Origin: an uncultured Cardiobacteriales bacterium
GTDB lineage: Bacteria > Pseudomonadota > Gammaproteobacteria > CAYWWW01
Assembly: GCA_964462205.1 (NCBI GenBank)
Contig: CAYWWW010000002.1
Coordinates: 71,223-135,222, forward strand
DNA length: 64,000 nt
Reading direction: 5' to 3'
The position numbers and the translations under genes are program-made. Under the pieces are notes generated by a model. It searched no databases. It was given only the letters and a program-made list of their open reading frames with translations, and was not told where the DNA came from. Shown one piece after another: positions 17,841 to 26,484 of the stretch. How positions within the stretch are numbered: position 1 is the stretch's first letter; each line of letters starts with the position of its first letter.

Positions 17841-19178
17841 ATGACTGAACTTTTATCCCCCGCCGGCACTTTGAAAAATATGCGTTATGCCTTTGCTTAC
17901 GGTGCCGACGCTGTTTATGCCGGTCAACCCCGTTATTCGTTGCGGGTGCGCAATAATGATTTTTTGAACGATAATTTAACCATCGGCATTCAAGAAGCAC
18001 ACACACAAGGTAAGCGGTTTTATCTCACCTTAAATGGCATTCCGCACAACAATAAAACCAAGACCTTTCTTCGTGACTTGGAAGAAATCATGGACTTAAA
18101 ACCCGATGGCGTGATTATGGCCGATCCTGGGTTAATTGCCTTGGTGCGTGAAAAATATCCCGAATTGCCGGTGCATTTATCGGTGCAAATGAATACGGTC
18201 AATAGTTTGTCGGTGAAGTTTTGGCAAAGTTTAGGCTTAACTCGGGTGATTTTATCCCGCGAACTCGGGCTAGATGAAATTACTGAAATTAAAAGTGATT
18301 GTGCCGATATGGAACTCGAAGTTTTTGTCCACGGTGCTTTGTGTATTGCTTATTCAGGACGTTGTTTATTATCAGGTTATTTTAACCATCGTGATCCCAA
18401 TCAAGGTGCCTGTACCAATGCTTGTCGTTGGGAATATCAAACCGTGGCCGCCGAAGAAAATTTAACCGGTGAAGTCTTACCGATTTCTCGCCAGGCATTG
18501 GAAGCCATGGAGGCAATACCTTTGCAAAATCAAGCACAAGTAGTCAAACGGCATCCGGCTGCTGATAAAGTTTATTTATTGCAGGAAGCGCAGCGTCCGG
18601 GGGAATATTTTCCGATTTTAGAAGATGAGCATGGAACCTATATCATGAATTCCAAAGACTTGCGCGCTGTGCAGCATGTAGATGCCTTAGTAAAAATGGG
18701 TATGGATTGCTTAAAAATTGAAGGTCGTACCAAATCGCATTACTACGTCGCCCGCACCGCGCAGGTCTATCGGCAAGCCATTGACGATGCAAAGGCCGAA
18801 CGACCATTTAATCCTAAGTTGCTTTGGGAACTAGAAAATTTGGCCAATCGTGGTTATACCGAAGGTTTTTATGATCGGCATCCGCCGAATCATTATCAAA
18901 ATTATCAGCAGGATATTTCCCGTAGCAGTCAACAGCAATTTGTCGCTGAAGTGCTTGATAGTCATGGAGACTGGTTGACCGTTGACGTAAAAAATAAATT
19001 TGCGGTTGGCGATACATTACAATGGTTATCCCCGTTGGGTAACGTGGATTTTGTGCTGACAGCCATGGAAAATCTCCACGGTGAAAAAATGGCTTTAGCA
19101 CCCGGTGCTGGTTATCGGGTACGCATCCCAATGCCCGCGCCTTTTCATCCCTATGCTTTGTTATTGCGTTATTTCTAA
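17841..19178 (+). CDS. trhP: U32 family peptidase-like protein, short form (YegQ/TrhP-like tRNA hydroxylation protein)
   Basis: 445 aa; N-terminus ELLSPAGTLKNMRYAFAYGADAVYAGQPRYSLRVRNN and internal EAQRPGEY..EDEHGTYIMNSKDLRA closely follow E. coli YegQ as recalled. Confidence 0.7.
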   Translation: MTELLSPAGTLKNMRYAFAYGADAVYAGQPRYSLRVRNNDFLNDNLTIGIQEAHTQGKRFYLTLNGIPHNNKTKTFLRDLEEIMDLKPDGVIMADPGLIALVREKYPELPVHLSVQMNTVNSLSVKFWQSLGLTRVILSRELGLDEITEIKSDCADMELEVFVHGALCIAYSGRCLLSGYFNHRDPNQGACTNACRWEYQTVAAEENLTGEVLPISRQALEAMEAIPLQNQAQVVKRHPAADKVYLLQEAQRPGEYFPILEDEHGTYIMNSKDLRAVQHVDALVKMGMDCLKIEGRTKSHYYVARTAQVYRQAIDDAKAERPFNPKLLWELENLANRGYTEGFYDRHPPNHYQNYQQDISRSSQQQFVAEVLDSHGDWLTVDVKNKFAVGDTLQWLSPLGNVDFVLTAMENLHGEKMALAPGAGYRVRIPMPAPFHPYALLLRYF

Positions 19179-19203
19179 AAGTAATTTTTTATTGGTTTTT
19201 CTT

Positions 19204-19219
19204 TTTATGCCTCTGCCTT
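19204..19219 (+). repeat. 16-nt repeat TTTATGCCTCTGCCTT, copy upstream of fbpA
   Basis: exact copy also at 20414..20429; 15-nt match at 45177..45191; one-mismatch copy at 26096..26109. Confidence 0.6.
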
Positions 19220-19313
19220 GATTAGCGATTGCAGGGAATGGCTTGCAATGCAAAATAAAAACGGTTAGCATTGCCTTGCTTTTGAAATTTAATCGTAAAA
19301 AAAGGAGAACTTT

Positions 19314-20321
19314 ATGATTCGTTTTGCTTTTATGTTTTTGTCTTTGTGGTTAGCTGGTAGTGCTCTGGCGCAAGGCGTGGTCAATGTTTATTCAGCACGC
19401 CAAGAAGCCTTAATTAAGCCATTATTCGATGAATTTACGCAAGAAACTGGTATTAAAGTTAATATTTTAAGTGCCAAGGCCGAGGCTTTAATTGAGCGTC
19501 TGCGTTTAGAAGGCGCTCGTTCACCTGCCGATATTTTGTTGACCGTAGATGCTGGCAACCTTTATACCGCCAAAGCCGATGGTTTATTTGAAGTTTTACC
19601 AGCTTCTGTTCGTGCTTCAGCGCCTGCTGCAATGCAAGATGCCGAAGGTGCTTGGGTAGCTTTGTCCATGCGGGCACGACCAATTTTTGCTGCTAAAGCA
19701 CGGGTGGCGGCTGACATGAGCATGAATTACGAAGATTTAGCTAATCCTGGCTTAAAAGGCAAAGTTTGTATTCGTTCTTCAGGAAATATCTATAATCAAT
19801 CCATGGTTGCGGCAATGCTTGCGCAGCTTGGTGCTGAAAAAACCACAGCTTGGGCAAAGGGACTGGTGGCCAATTTTGCGCGTCCGCCGGTGGGTGGCGA
19901 CCGCGACCAAATCAAAGCCGTGGCTGCGGGTGAATGTGATTTTGCCGTTGCTAACACCTATTATTATGCGGGGATGCTGACTGGTAGCAAAGCCGATGAA
20001 AAAGCCGCAGCCGAACAAGTTTTTATCATTTGGCCGAATCAAAATGATCGCGGTACGCATGTCAATGTCAGCGGTGCTGGTATCTTAAAATCTGCTAAAA
20101 ATACTGAAAATGCTGAAAAATTATTAACTTTTTTGTTAAGTCCAAAAGCGCAAGCCTGGTATGCTGAACAAAATGGTGAATATCCGGTGGTTGCAGGTGC
20201 AGCTTTAAGTGCCGTTTTGACAAATTTAGGTAGCTTCAAAAAAGAACAAGTGGATTGGAATGTTTTGGGAAAAAATAACGCTGAAGCCGTGAAACTTATG
20301 GATCGTGCCGGTTGGAAATAA
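19314..20321 (+). CDS. fbpA: Fe(3+)-binding periplasmic protein (FbpA/AfuA-type ABC substrate-binding protein)
   Basis: signal peptide; AGGAG ribosome-binding site; GARSPADI, ANTYYYAG and C-terminal MDRAGWK parallel Neisseria FbpA as recalled; no permease or ATPase gene adjacent. Confidence 0.65.
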   Translation: MIRFAFMFLSLWLAGSALAQGVVNVYSARQEALIKPLFDEFTQETGIKVNILSAKAEALIERLRLEGARSPADILLTVDAGNLYTAKADGLFEVLPASVRASAPAAMQDAEGAWVALSMRARPIFAAKARVAADMSMNYEDLANPGLKGKVCIRSSGNIYNQSMVAAMLAQLGAEKTTAWAKGLVANFARPPVGGDRDQIKAVAAGECDFAVANTYYYAGMLTGSKADEKAAAEQVFIIWPNQNDRGTHVNVSGAGILKSAKNTENAEKLLTFLLSPKAQAWYAEQNGEYPVVAGAALSAVLTNLGSFKKEQVDWNVLGKNNAEAVKLMDRAGWK

Positions 20322-20372
20322 GACCTTAGCTATTTATTTAACTGTAAAATTTTCGTAAAAATTCGTAAAAAA

Positions 20373-20399
20373 AGGACGCAATAGCCGCGTCCTTTTTTA
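20373..20399 (+). terminator. intrinsic terminator after fbpA
   Basis: stem AGGACGC/GCGTCCT with 7-nt loop followed by T6; A-run upstream. Confidence 0.7.
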
Positions 20400-20413
20400 T
20401 GGCGAAAATAAAG

Positions 20414-20429
20414 TTTATGCCTCTGCCTT
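20414..20429 (+). repeat. 16-nt repeat TTTATGCCTCTGCCTT, copy downstream of fbpA
   Basis: identical to 19204..19219; the two copies flank fbpA as direct repeats about 1.2 kb apart. Confidence 0.6.
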
Positions 20430-20475
20430 AAAATTCATTGCTATTGAAAAAACCAAGCGGAAAGACATCTTCTGC

Positions 20476-21135
20476 TTAAAATTTTCCACAGGCAGCTTCA
20501 ACATCTGCCGCCATTTTTTCAGGATGATGCGGTGGAAAAAAGGCACCTAAATACCTTCCTTCGGGAGTAAATAATAAACTCTGCGCACTGTGATCCAAAA
20601 GATAGGCATCTTGTTGTTCGGGATTAAAGGGATTGGCTTGTTTTTGATAAAAAATATCTAATGGTTTTGTCAATAGGCGCAACTCTGCTGCTTCTCCTGA
20701 TAAGGCAATAAAACTTTCATGAAAAAATGCCAGATATTCGGGTAAGCGTTCTGGTGTGTCGCGCTCAGGATCAAGCGAAATAAAATGTACTTGCAGGTTT
20801 TTTTGTGTACTTTCCGATAATTTTTGATACATTTCACTTAAAGAAAATAAAGCCATCGGACAAATATCTGGGCAAAAGGTATAACCAAAATAAATCAATT
20901 GACAGCGTGGTGCTTCTTTTGGAAAAAAATAATTTTTATCGTAACTTTGGCCAGCATAATGTAGAACTTGTTCAGGCCAGGTGCGTGCTTGTGAATCAGG
21001 ACGCAATTCTTGCCAGTCTATGCTTTTAAAATTTTGTAAAAATTGATTTTTTTCTGAAGTAGTTGGCGGTTGTAACCAAAAAGCCAGGCCAAGTGTGGCC
21101 AAGGCGAGTAGAATGTTGAAGGCTTTGGTCATCAT
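20476..21135 (-). CDS. SCO1/SenC family copper chaperone (thioredoxin fold)
   Basis: N-terminal membrane anchor; CPDICP metal-binding motif. Confidence 0.8.
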   Translation of the reverse strand: MMTKAFNILLALATLGLAFWLQPPTTSEKNQFLQNFKSIDWQELRPDSQARTWPEQVLHYAGQSYDKNYFFPKEAPRCQLIYFGYTFCPDICPMALFSLSEMYQKLSESTQKNLQVHFISLDPERDTPERLPEYLAFFHESFIALSGEAAELRLLTKPLDIFYQKQANPFNPEQQDAYLLDHSAQSLLFTPEGRYLGAFFPPHHPEKMAADVEAACGKF

Positions 21136-21150
21136 TATTAGGGAACCTCG

Positions 21151-22068
21151 ATGTTAATAAAAGAAAATCTTACTTGGTCGGAACGTCGCTTAGTCACTGA
21201 ACTTATTACCATTCGTGACTATATTCGCTTTGCTACCAGCCGTTTTGCAGCCGCAGAACTACATTATGGACATGGCTTTGAAGATGCCTTTTCGGAAGCG
21301 GTCTATCTGGTTTTAGCCGCCCTGCACTTACCGCAAAATTTGCCAGAACAGTATTTTTCTAGTCAATTGACCTTGGATGAGCGCCACCGCATATTACAAT
21401 TTTTTGATAAGCGAATAAATACACGAATGCCCGTGGCGTATTTGACGCAGGAAGCCTGGTTTGCTGGCATGTCCTTTTATGTTGACCAGCGGGTGTTAAT
21501 TCCCCGCTCGCCCCTGGCGGAAGTGATTGAGGCGGCTTTTGAGCCGTGGCTTGCGCCAGAAAAAATCTTTAATATCCTGGATTTATGTACAGGTAGTGGT
21601 TGTATTGCCTTAGCTTGTGCCAATTATTTGCCACATGTGCAAGTGGATGCAGCCGATATTTCGCCGGATGCTTTGGCTGTGGCAGCAAAAAATATTGCGC
21701 ATTATCAGGCGGAAGAGCAGGTGCATTTGGTGCAGTCGGATTATTTTGATGCGCTTTTGGGTAAGCAATATGATGTTATTATTAGTAATCCGCCCTATGT
21801 TCCTGCCACAAGTTTTAATCAATTACCACCGGAATATCATCACGAACCAAGAATTGGACTCTTAGCCGGTGAAGAAGGATTGCAAGCGGTCAATATTATT
21901 TTACAAGAAGCAAAACTTTATCTAAAAGAAGATGATAGTCTTTTAATTGTCGAGGTTGGCGAAAGCAAAGAAAGTGTTGAAGCGGCTTTCCCACATCTAC
22001 CCTTTACTTGGCTTGAATTTGCGCGTGGTGGCGAGGGGGTCTTCCTCCTTAAACGCTGCCAATTATAG
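21151..22068 (+). CDS. prmB: ribosomal protein uL3 glutamine N5-methyltransferase
   Basis: 305 aa; NPPY motif (VIISNPPYVP); N-terminal region and C-terminal PFTWLEF..GGEGVFLL parallel E. coli PrmB/YfcB as recalled. Confidence 0.8.
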   Translation: MLIKENLTWSERRLVTELITIRDYIRFATSRFAAAELHYGHGFEDAFSEAVYLVLAALHLPQNLPEQYFSSQLTLDERHRILQFFDKRINTRMPVAYLTQEAWFAGMSFYVDQRVLIPRSPLAEVIEAAFEPWLAPEKIFNILDLCTGSGCIALACANYLPHVQVDAADISPDALAVAAKNIAHYQAEEQVHLVQSDYFDALLGKQYDVIISNPPYVPATSFNQLPPEYHHEPRIGLLAGEEGLQAVNIILQEAKLYLKEDDSLLIVEVGESKESVEAAFPHLPFTWLEFARGGEGVFLLKRCQL

Positions 22069-22175
22069 GAATATCGCCAAAGGCGCTAAAAATGTTACAA
22101 TCCTACTGTTTTGTGTTTGCGACGAGCGCCACAGAGCATATATAGTTTTTTATCAATTATTTAATAGAGGTAGTT

Positions 22176-22544
22176 ATGGCTGAAAAATTGATGATTGTGA
22201 TGGTGAATACCGACCCTAAAAACGGTTCCGAATTGGGTGCGCCGTTTTTCCAAGCCACTGTTGCCGCAGCAATGGACTTAGAAGTAGAAGTAATTTTAAC
22301 TGCTCGCGCTGGGGAATTGGCAGTTGCTGGTGTTGCCGAAAAATTATTTGTACAAGAAGGCAGTCCGAAAAGCGTCTATGATTTTATTAAAGATGCGCAT
22401 GAAGCTGGCGTGAAATTCAAAGTCTGCACCCCGACTTTAGAGCTTTGGGGTAATAATTTAATTCCAGAAATTGTTGAAACCGTTGGCGGTGCCTATGTGA
22501 TTCAGCAAGCGATGGATGAAGATGTTGTCACCTTCACCTATTAA
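22176..22544 (+). CDS. DsrE/DsrF-like family protein
   Basis: 122 aa; conserved Cys in KFKVCTPTLELWG; size and hydrophobic pattern typical of the family. Confidence 0.55.
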   Translation: MAEKLMIVMVNTDPKNGSELGAPFFQATVAAAMDLEVEVILTARAGELAVAGVAEKLFVQEGSPKSVYDFIKDAHEAGVKFKVCTPTLELWGNNLIPEIVETVGGAYVIQQAMDEDVVTFTY

Positions 22545-22576
22545 AAAATAGCGATTAAAACTTTTTGATATTGAAT

Positions 22577-22606
22577 AAGGCGAAACGTTTTTCGCCTTAT
22601 TTTTTG
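22577..22606 (+). terminator. intrinsic terminator after the DsrE-like gene
   Basis: stem AAGGCGAAA/TTTCGCCTT with CGTT loop followed by ATTTTTT. Confidence 0.75.
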
Positions 22607-22647
22607 CTGTATATCTATAGATAATAACAAGGAAAAAAGGAAAAAAG

Positions 22648-23202
22648 ATGACCACCTGGCAGGAAGCGCAAGAAATGCATACCGCTGCGGAACAAGTTTG
22701 GAATGCCTCGCAAGTTCAGCAAGCCATTTCGGCTATGGCGTTGAAAATAAATAATTTATATAAAGAGTCTGAAGAAATTTTAGCACTAGTGATGATGAAT
22801 GGTGGCTTATTCACTGCTGCTTCACTTTTACCGCAACTGCATAGTGCCGTGCGTATGGATTATATTCATGCCAGTCGCTATGGACAAAATACCGAAGGCG
22901 GGGTGTTGACTTGGCACAGTAAGCCTAAGTCACCCTTGGCAAATACACATATCTTATTGATAGACGACATTTTTGATGAAGGCTATACCTTGGCGGCAAT
23001 TTATCATTTCTGCCAAGAAGTCGGCGCAGCTTCAGTGCGTTCGGCGGTGTTGACCACTAAGACGCACACCCGCAAAGTTCCTGATTTTTATCCAGATGTC
23101 AGCGGTTTAATGGTGCCAGATCGTTATGTTTATGGTATGGGTATGGATTACAAAGGATTTTTTCGCAATTTGCCAGCAATTTATGCAGTGCGGGAGGCGT
23201 AA
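22648..23202 (+). CDS. hpt: hypoxanthine-guanine phosphoribosyltransferase-like protein
   Basis: 184 aa; PRPP-binding motif HILLIDDIFDEGYTL; C-terminal VPDRYVYGMGMDY matches purine PRTases. Confidence 0.65.
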   Translation: MTTWQEAQEMHTAAEQVWNASQVQQAISAMALKINNLYKESEEILALVMMNGGLFTAASLLPQLHSAVRMDYIHASRYGQNTEGGVLTWHSKPKSPLANTHILLIDDIFDEGYTLAAIYHFCQEVGAASVRSAVLTTKTHTRKVPDFYPDVSGLMVPDRYVYGMGMDYKGFFRNLPAIYAVREA

Positions 23203-23976
23203 ATGCAGCGGGTTTTAGCCGTCATTGGCGGCACGGGTTTCAGCCAATTGCCAGGTTTGTCTATCGTGCGTCGCCAAGTGGTGAATACACCTTTTGGCGA
23301 GCCATCAGCGCCCTTAATTTTTGGCAGTTTTGCCGATGAACAAGTGATCTTTTTGCCGCGTCATGGTGAAGCGCATCAATTCCCGCCGCATCGTGTCAAT
23401 TATCGCGCCAATATCGCGGCTTTGGCAGCAAGCGGCGTGACCGATATTTTGGCGTTTAATGCCGTTGGTAGCTTAAATCCCAAAATGCTACCAGCGGCCT
23501 TGGTTTTGCCTGATCAATTGATAGATTACACTTATGGTCGCGCACAGACTTTTTTTGAAGGCGGCAGCAGTCAAGATGTTCAACATATTGATTTTACAGA
23601 ACCATTTTCAAGAAGTTTTCGTGAAATCTTGCTGAAAATCGCAGCGAAGGCCGAGATTGATTTATATGCTGGTGGCTGTTTGGCCGTTACCCAAGGACCA
23701 CGTTTGGAAACCGCAGCAGAAATCAAGAAGCTACAGCGTGAAGGTTGCGATCTTGTCGGTATGACGACCATGCCAGAAGCAGCTTTAGCACGCGAAAAAA
23801 ACTTGGCTTATGCCACTTGTGCGTTGGTGGCTAACTGGGCGGCAGGTCTCGAAGATCAACCGATCACTATGGAAGAAATTAACAGAAATGTTGAGAAAGC
23901 CACGGAAAATGCGAAAAATTTATTAACATATTTTCTTAAAAATTTACAGCAAGTGGATAAAATTTTAACTAATTAA
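23203..23976 (+). CDS. MTAP-family phosphorylase (5-prime-methylthioadenosine or methylthioinosine phosphorylase)
   Basis: N-terminus AVIGGTGF; 257 aa; ATG directly abuts the hpt stop codon and is preceded by GGAGG. Confidence 0.65.
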   Translation: MQRVLAVIGGTGFSQLPGLSIVRRQVVNTPFGEPSAPLIFGSFADEQVIFLPRHGEAHQFPPHRVNYRANIAALAASGVTDILAFNAVGSLNPKMLPAALVLPDQLIDYTYGRAQTFFEGGSSQDVQHIDFTEPFSRSFREILLKIAAKAEIDLYAGGCLAVTQGPRLETAAEIKKLQREGCDLVGMTTMPEAALAREKNLAYATCALVANWAAGLEDQPITMEEINRNVEKATENAKNLLTYFLKNLQQVDKILTN

Positions 23977-23992
23977 AAATAGAGTTGATAAT

Positions 23993-24349
23993 ATGGCCTT
24001 TGTTCTTCATTTATTAGATGCACCAAGCATATCCGATGCAGGAAGTGCCGAAGTATTTATTGATCAACAACGTGATTTTCCTGCTGTTCTTAACCCAAAG
24101 TTTGTTACTTTTGTCCAAGCAATTACCAAGGATTATCCTGATTTATCCCTAGAAGATGATGATAACGACAACGACCATAATCTCTGGGAAGAAGGTTTAG
24201 ACGATCAATCTTCTTACGGCAAGGTAAAAGAATTGGTGATCAAGGTGGAAGTCGCAGATGCGATTGTTTTAGAACGTTTAATTGCTGCCGCAGTTAAGAA
24301 TGACTTAAAGTTATACGATAGCGAAGGTGAAGTGGTTTATCCAGAATAA
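23993..24349 (+). CDS. hypothetical acidic protein
   Basis: 118-aa ORF with an acidic stretch (LEDDDNDNDHNLWEEGLDD); weak ribosome-binding site; no recognised domain. Confidence 0.4.
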   Translation: MAFVLHLLDAPSISDAGSAEVFIDQQRDFPAVLNPKFVTFVQAITKDYPDLSLEDDDNDNDHNLWEEGLDDQSSYGKVKELVIKVEVADAIVLERLIAAAVKNDLKLYDSEGEVVYPE

Positions 24350-24450
24350 TTATTTTAGCAGAAATGAGCGTCAAATTATTTTATAGATTTTCATGCTTCT
24401 TAATAAGAAATTTTATTTTTCAACACCATGCTATAGTTATTAGAGGATTT

Positions 24451-24778
24451 ATGGCAGTGCCTATCTACATGCTTCGCTACACTTTTGATTGTGGCTCTGG
24501 TATTTGCTTATAGTCAGCAAACGAAGCTGCACGTTCTCGTTTTGACTATGCTGTTTCCTTAAACAGAACTCAATCTTCCAGAGCATATTATCTGCCAAGG
24601 CCATGATTTAATAGCATGGTATGACCGTTTTTTGGATTGGGATGATCCTACTGCGCCAACGGCCAAGTCGCAAGGAGAACGTGCTGCCTTTCAAGTGGCA
24701 GCCGCTGCTTTTTTAACGCGCTTACGTCAGGAATTAGGTCAGGATTTCTCAATTTTTGCTGAGATCGAACTTCCTTAG
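24451..24778 (+). pseudogene. possible gene remnant (short ORF with good ribosome-binding site, in-frame TAG, protein-like C-terminal frame without a start)
   Basis: GAGGA then ATG at 24451 gives only 20 codons before TAG at 24511; a second frame (24563..24775) encodes a protein-like segment ending FLTRLRQELGQDFSIFAEIELP with no ATG. Confidence 0.3.
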
Positions 24779-24792
24779 TCTATGATCTTTGC

Positions 24793-25062
<270 letters not shown>

Positions 25063-25091
25063 TTACTCCACATTGATTTATCCTAATTGCT

Positions 25092-25406
25092 TTAATTCTG
25101 TAAATTCTTTAATTTTTCTGCTTTCCACGTCTGAAAATTATCGTAAATCTTGCCTATTGGCCAAGGTAGCCGCTCTTGCCGTTTACTCCAGGTTAAATGC
25201 ACTTCTGCGACACGGCCACTGCCATCATCAATTAAAAATAATACATCGTCTTGACCATCTATTCGTGCTAAAAACTTAACTTTTAAGCCGTATAAACAAT
25301 GTCTTGGCGGTAACTCTTGTTTGAGTTGGGTAATGAAAGTTTCAGCGGCATTTCGCTGTACCCACCAATTATCTGGCAGTTGTGCTTGCCAATTTTCGGG
25401 TAGCAT
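25092..25406 (-). CDS. hypothetical protein co-transcribed with coaD
   Basis: 104 aa; ATG directly follows the coaD stop (TAAATG); Trp-rich; no recognised motif. Confidence 0.5.
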   Translation of the reverse strand: MLPENWQAQLPDNWWVQRNAAETFITQLKQELPPRHCLYGLKVKFLARIDGQDDVLFLIDDGSGRVAEVHLTWSKRQERLPWPIGKIYDNFQTWKAEKLKNLQN

Positions 25407-25883
25407 TTAGGTTTTTTGTGTTTGAATTTCTGCTAAAACTGCTTTAGGAACAAAATGTTCGATATTGCCACCTAATCGTGCCAATTCGCGCACTAAACTC
25501 GATGATAAAAAGCCAAATTGCTGGGCGGGTGTCAAAAAAACCGTTTCTAATTCTGGTGCCAACTGCCGATTTAATTCCGCCAATTGCAGCTCATATTCAT
25601 AATCGGAAACTGCGCGTAAACCGCGTAAAATAACGCCAACGCCTTGTTCACGAGCAAAATCAATCAATAGACCAGAAAAACCAAGCACTTCGACTTGTTG
25701 AAAGTCGCTACAGGCTTTTTGCGCCAGCCGGATGCGTGTTTCTAAAGTAAAGTGCGGTCGCTTGGAAGGATTCTCGGCGACTGCCACAATCAAGCGCGAA
25801 AAAATTTTGCAGCCGCGCACGATAATGTCGAAATGTCCATTGGTTAAAGGGTCAAAGGTTCCTGGATAAATGGCGGTTATCAT
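25407..25883 (-). CDS. coaD: phosphopantetheine adenylyltransferase
   Basis: start trimmed to the ATG at 25883; AIYPGTFDPLTNGHFD nucleotidyltransferase motif; about 158 aa. Confidence 0.85.
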   Translation of the reverse strand: MITAIYPGTFDPLTNGHFDIIVRGCKIFSRLIVAVAENPSKRPHFTLETRIRLAQKACSDFQQVEVLGFSGLLIDFAREQGVGVILRGLRAVSDYEYELQLAELNRQLAPELETVFLTPAQQFGFLSSSLVRELARLGGNIEHFVPKAVLAEIQTQKT

Positions 25884-25890
25884 ATTGTTT

Positions 25891-26436
25891 CTACATTTTT
25901 TTATTGAGTAGTTGTAAATAAACTTGACCAAGAGGTTTTTGCTTTAACAACTGCCAATGTTTTAAATCGGTTGCTTGTAACGGAATTGGACTTTCTACAT
26001 ATAATAACCCATTACCTTTCAAAAGGTTGTAAGCGTTAGTGATGGCCATTGACCAAAGATTTTCGGCAAAAGGGGGATCTAAAAAAATAATATCATATAC
26101 CTCTGCCTTGTTTTTATAAAAACTTAGAAAATTTTGTTGATGTAAGGCGTAATTATTAGGTTGCCAATTTTTAAGATTTTGTTTCAAAAAAGAAAAAGTT
26201 AAGGGATCGATTTCACAAAAATCCACAAATGCCGCCTCTCTGGATAAACACTCAATACCCAAAGCGCCGCTGCCGGCGAAGGCATCTAGGCAATAGGCAC
26301 CAGGAATTTGCCATTGCAACCAATTAAATAAGGTTTCGCGGGCGCGGTCGCCACTGGGTCGCAATCCTGGTCGGTCAGGAAAGCGCAATAAATGGCGGCG
26401 CCAGCTACCACCAATGATACGTACTTGATTTGTCAC
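25891..26436 (-). CDS. rsmD: 16S rRNA (guanine966-N2)-methyltransferase
   Basis: 181 aa; DAFAGSGALGIE SAM-binding motif and IIFLDPPF motif. Confidence 0.8.
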   Translation of the reverse strand: MTNQVRIIGGSWRRHLLRFPDRPGLRPSGDRARETLFNWLQWQIPGAYCLDAFAGSGALGIECLSREAAFVDFCEIDPLTFSFLKQNLKNWQPNNYALHQQNFLSFYKNKAEVYDIIFLDPPFAENLWSMAITNAYNLLKGNGLLYVESPIPLQATDLKHWQLLKQKPLGQVYLQLLNKKM

Positions 26437-26484
26437 TTTTTGTGGTTTCTTGGCAATTTATTAAAAACTACCCAGCAATTAAAA

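Noticed and set aside
19220-19313. Possible sigma-54 promoter (TGGCttgcaaTGCA) and inverted repeat GCAATGC..GCATTGC upstream of fbpA
   Set aside because: Spacing between the GG and GC elements does not fit the -24/-12 consensus; the inverted repeat may be an operator, but no support beyond a single occurrence.
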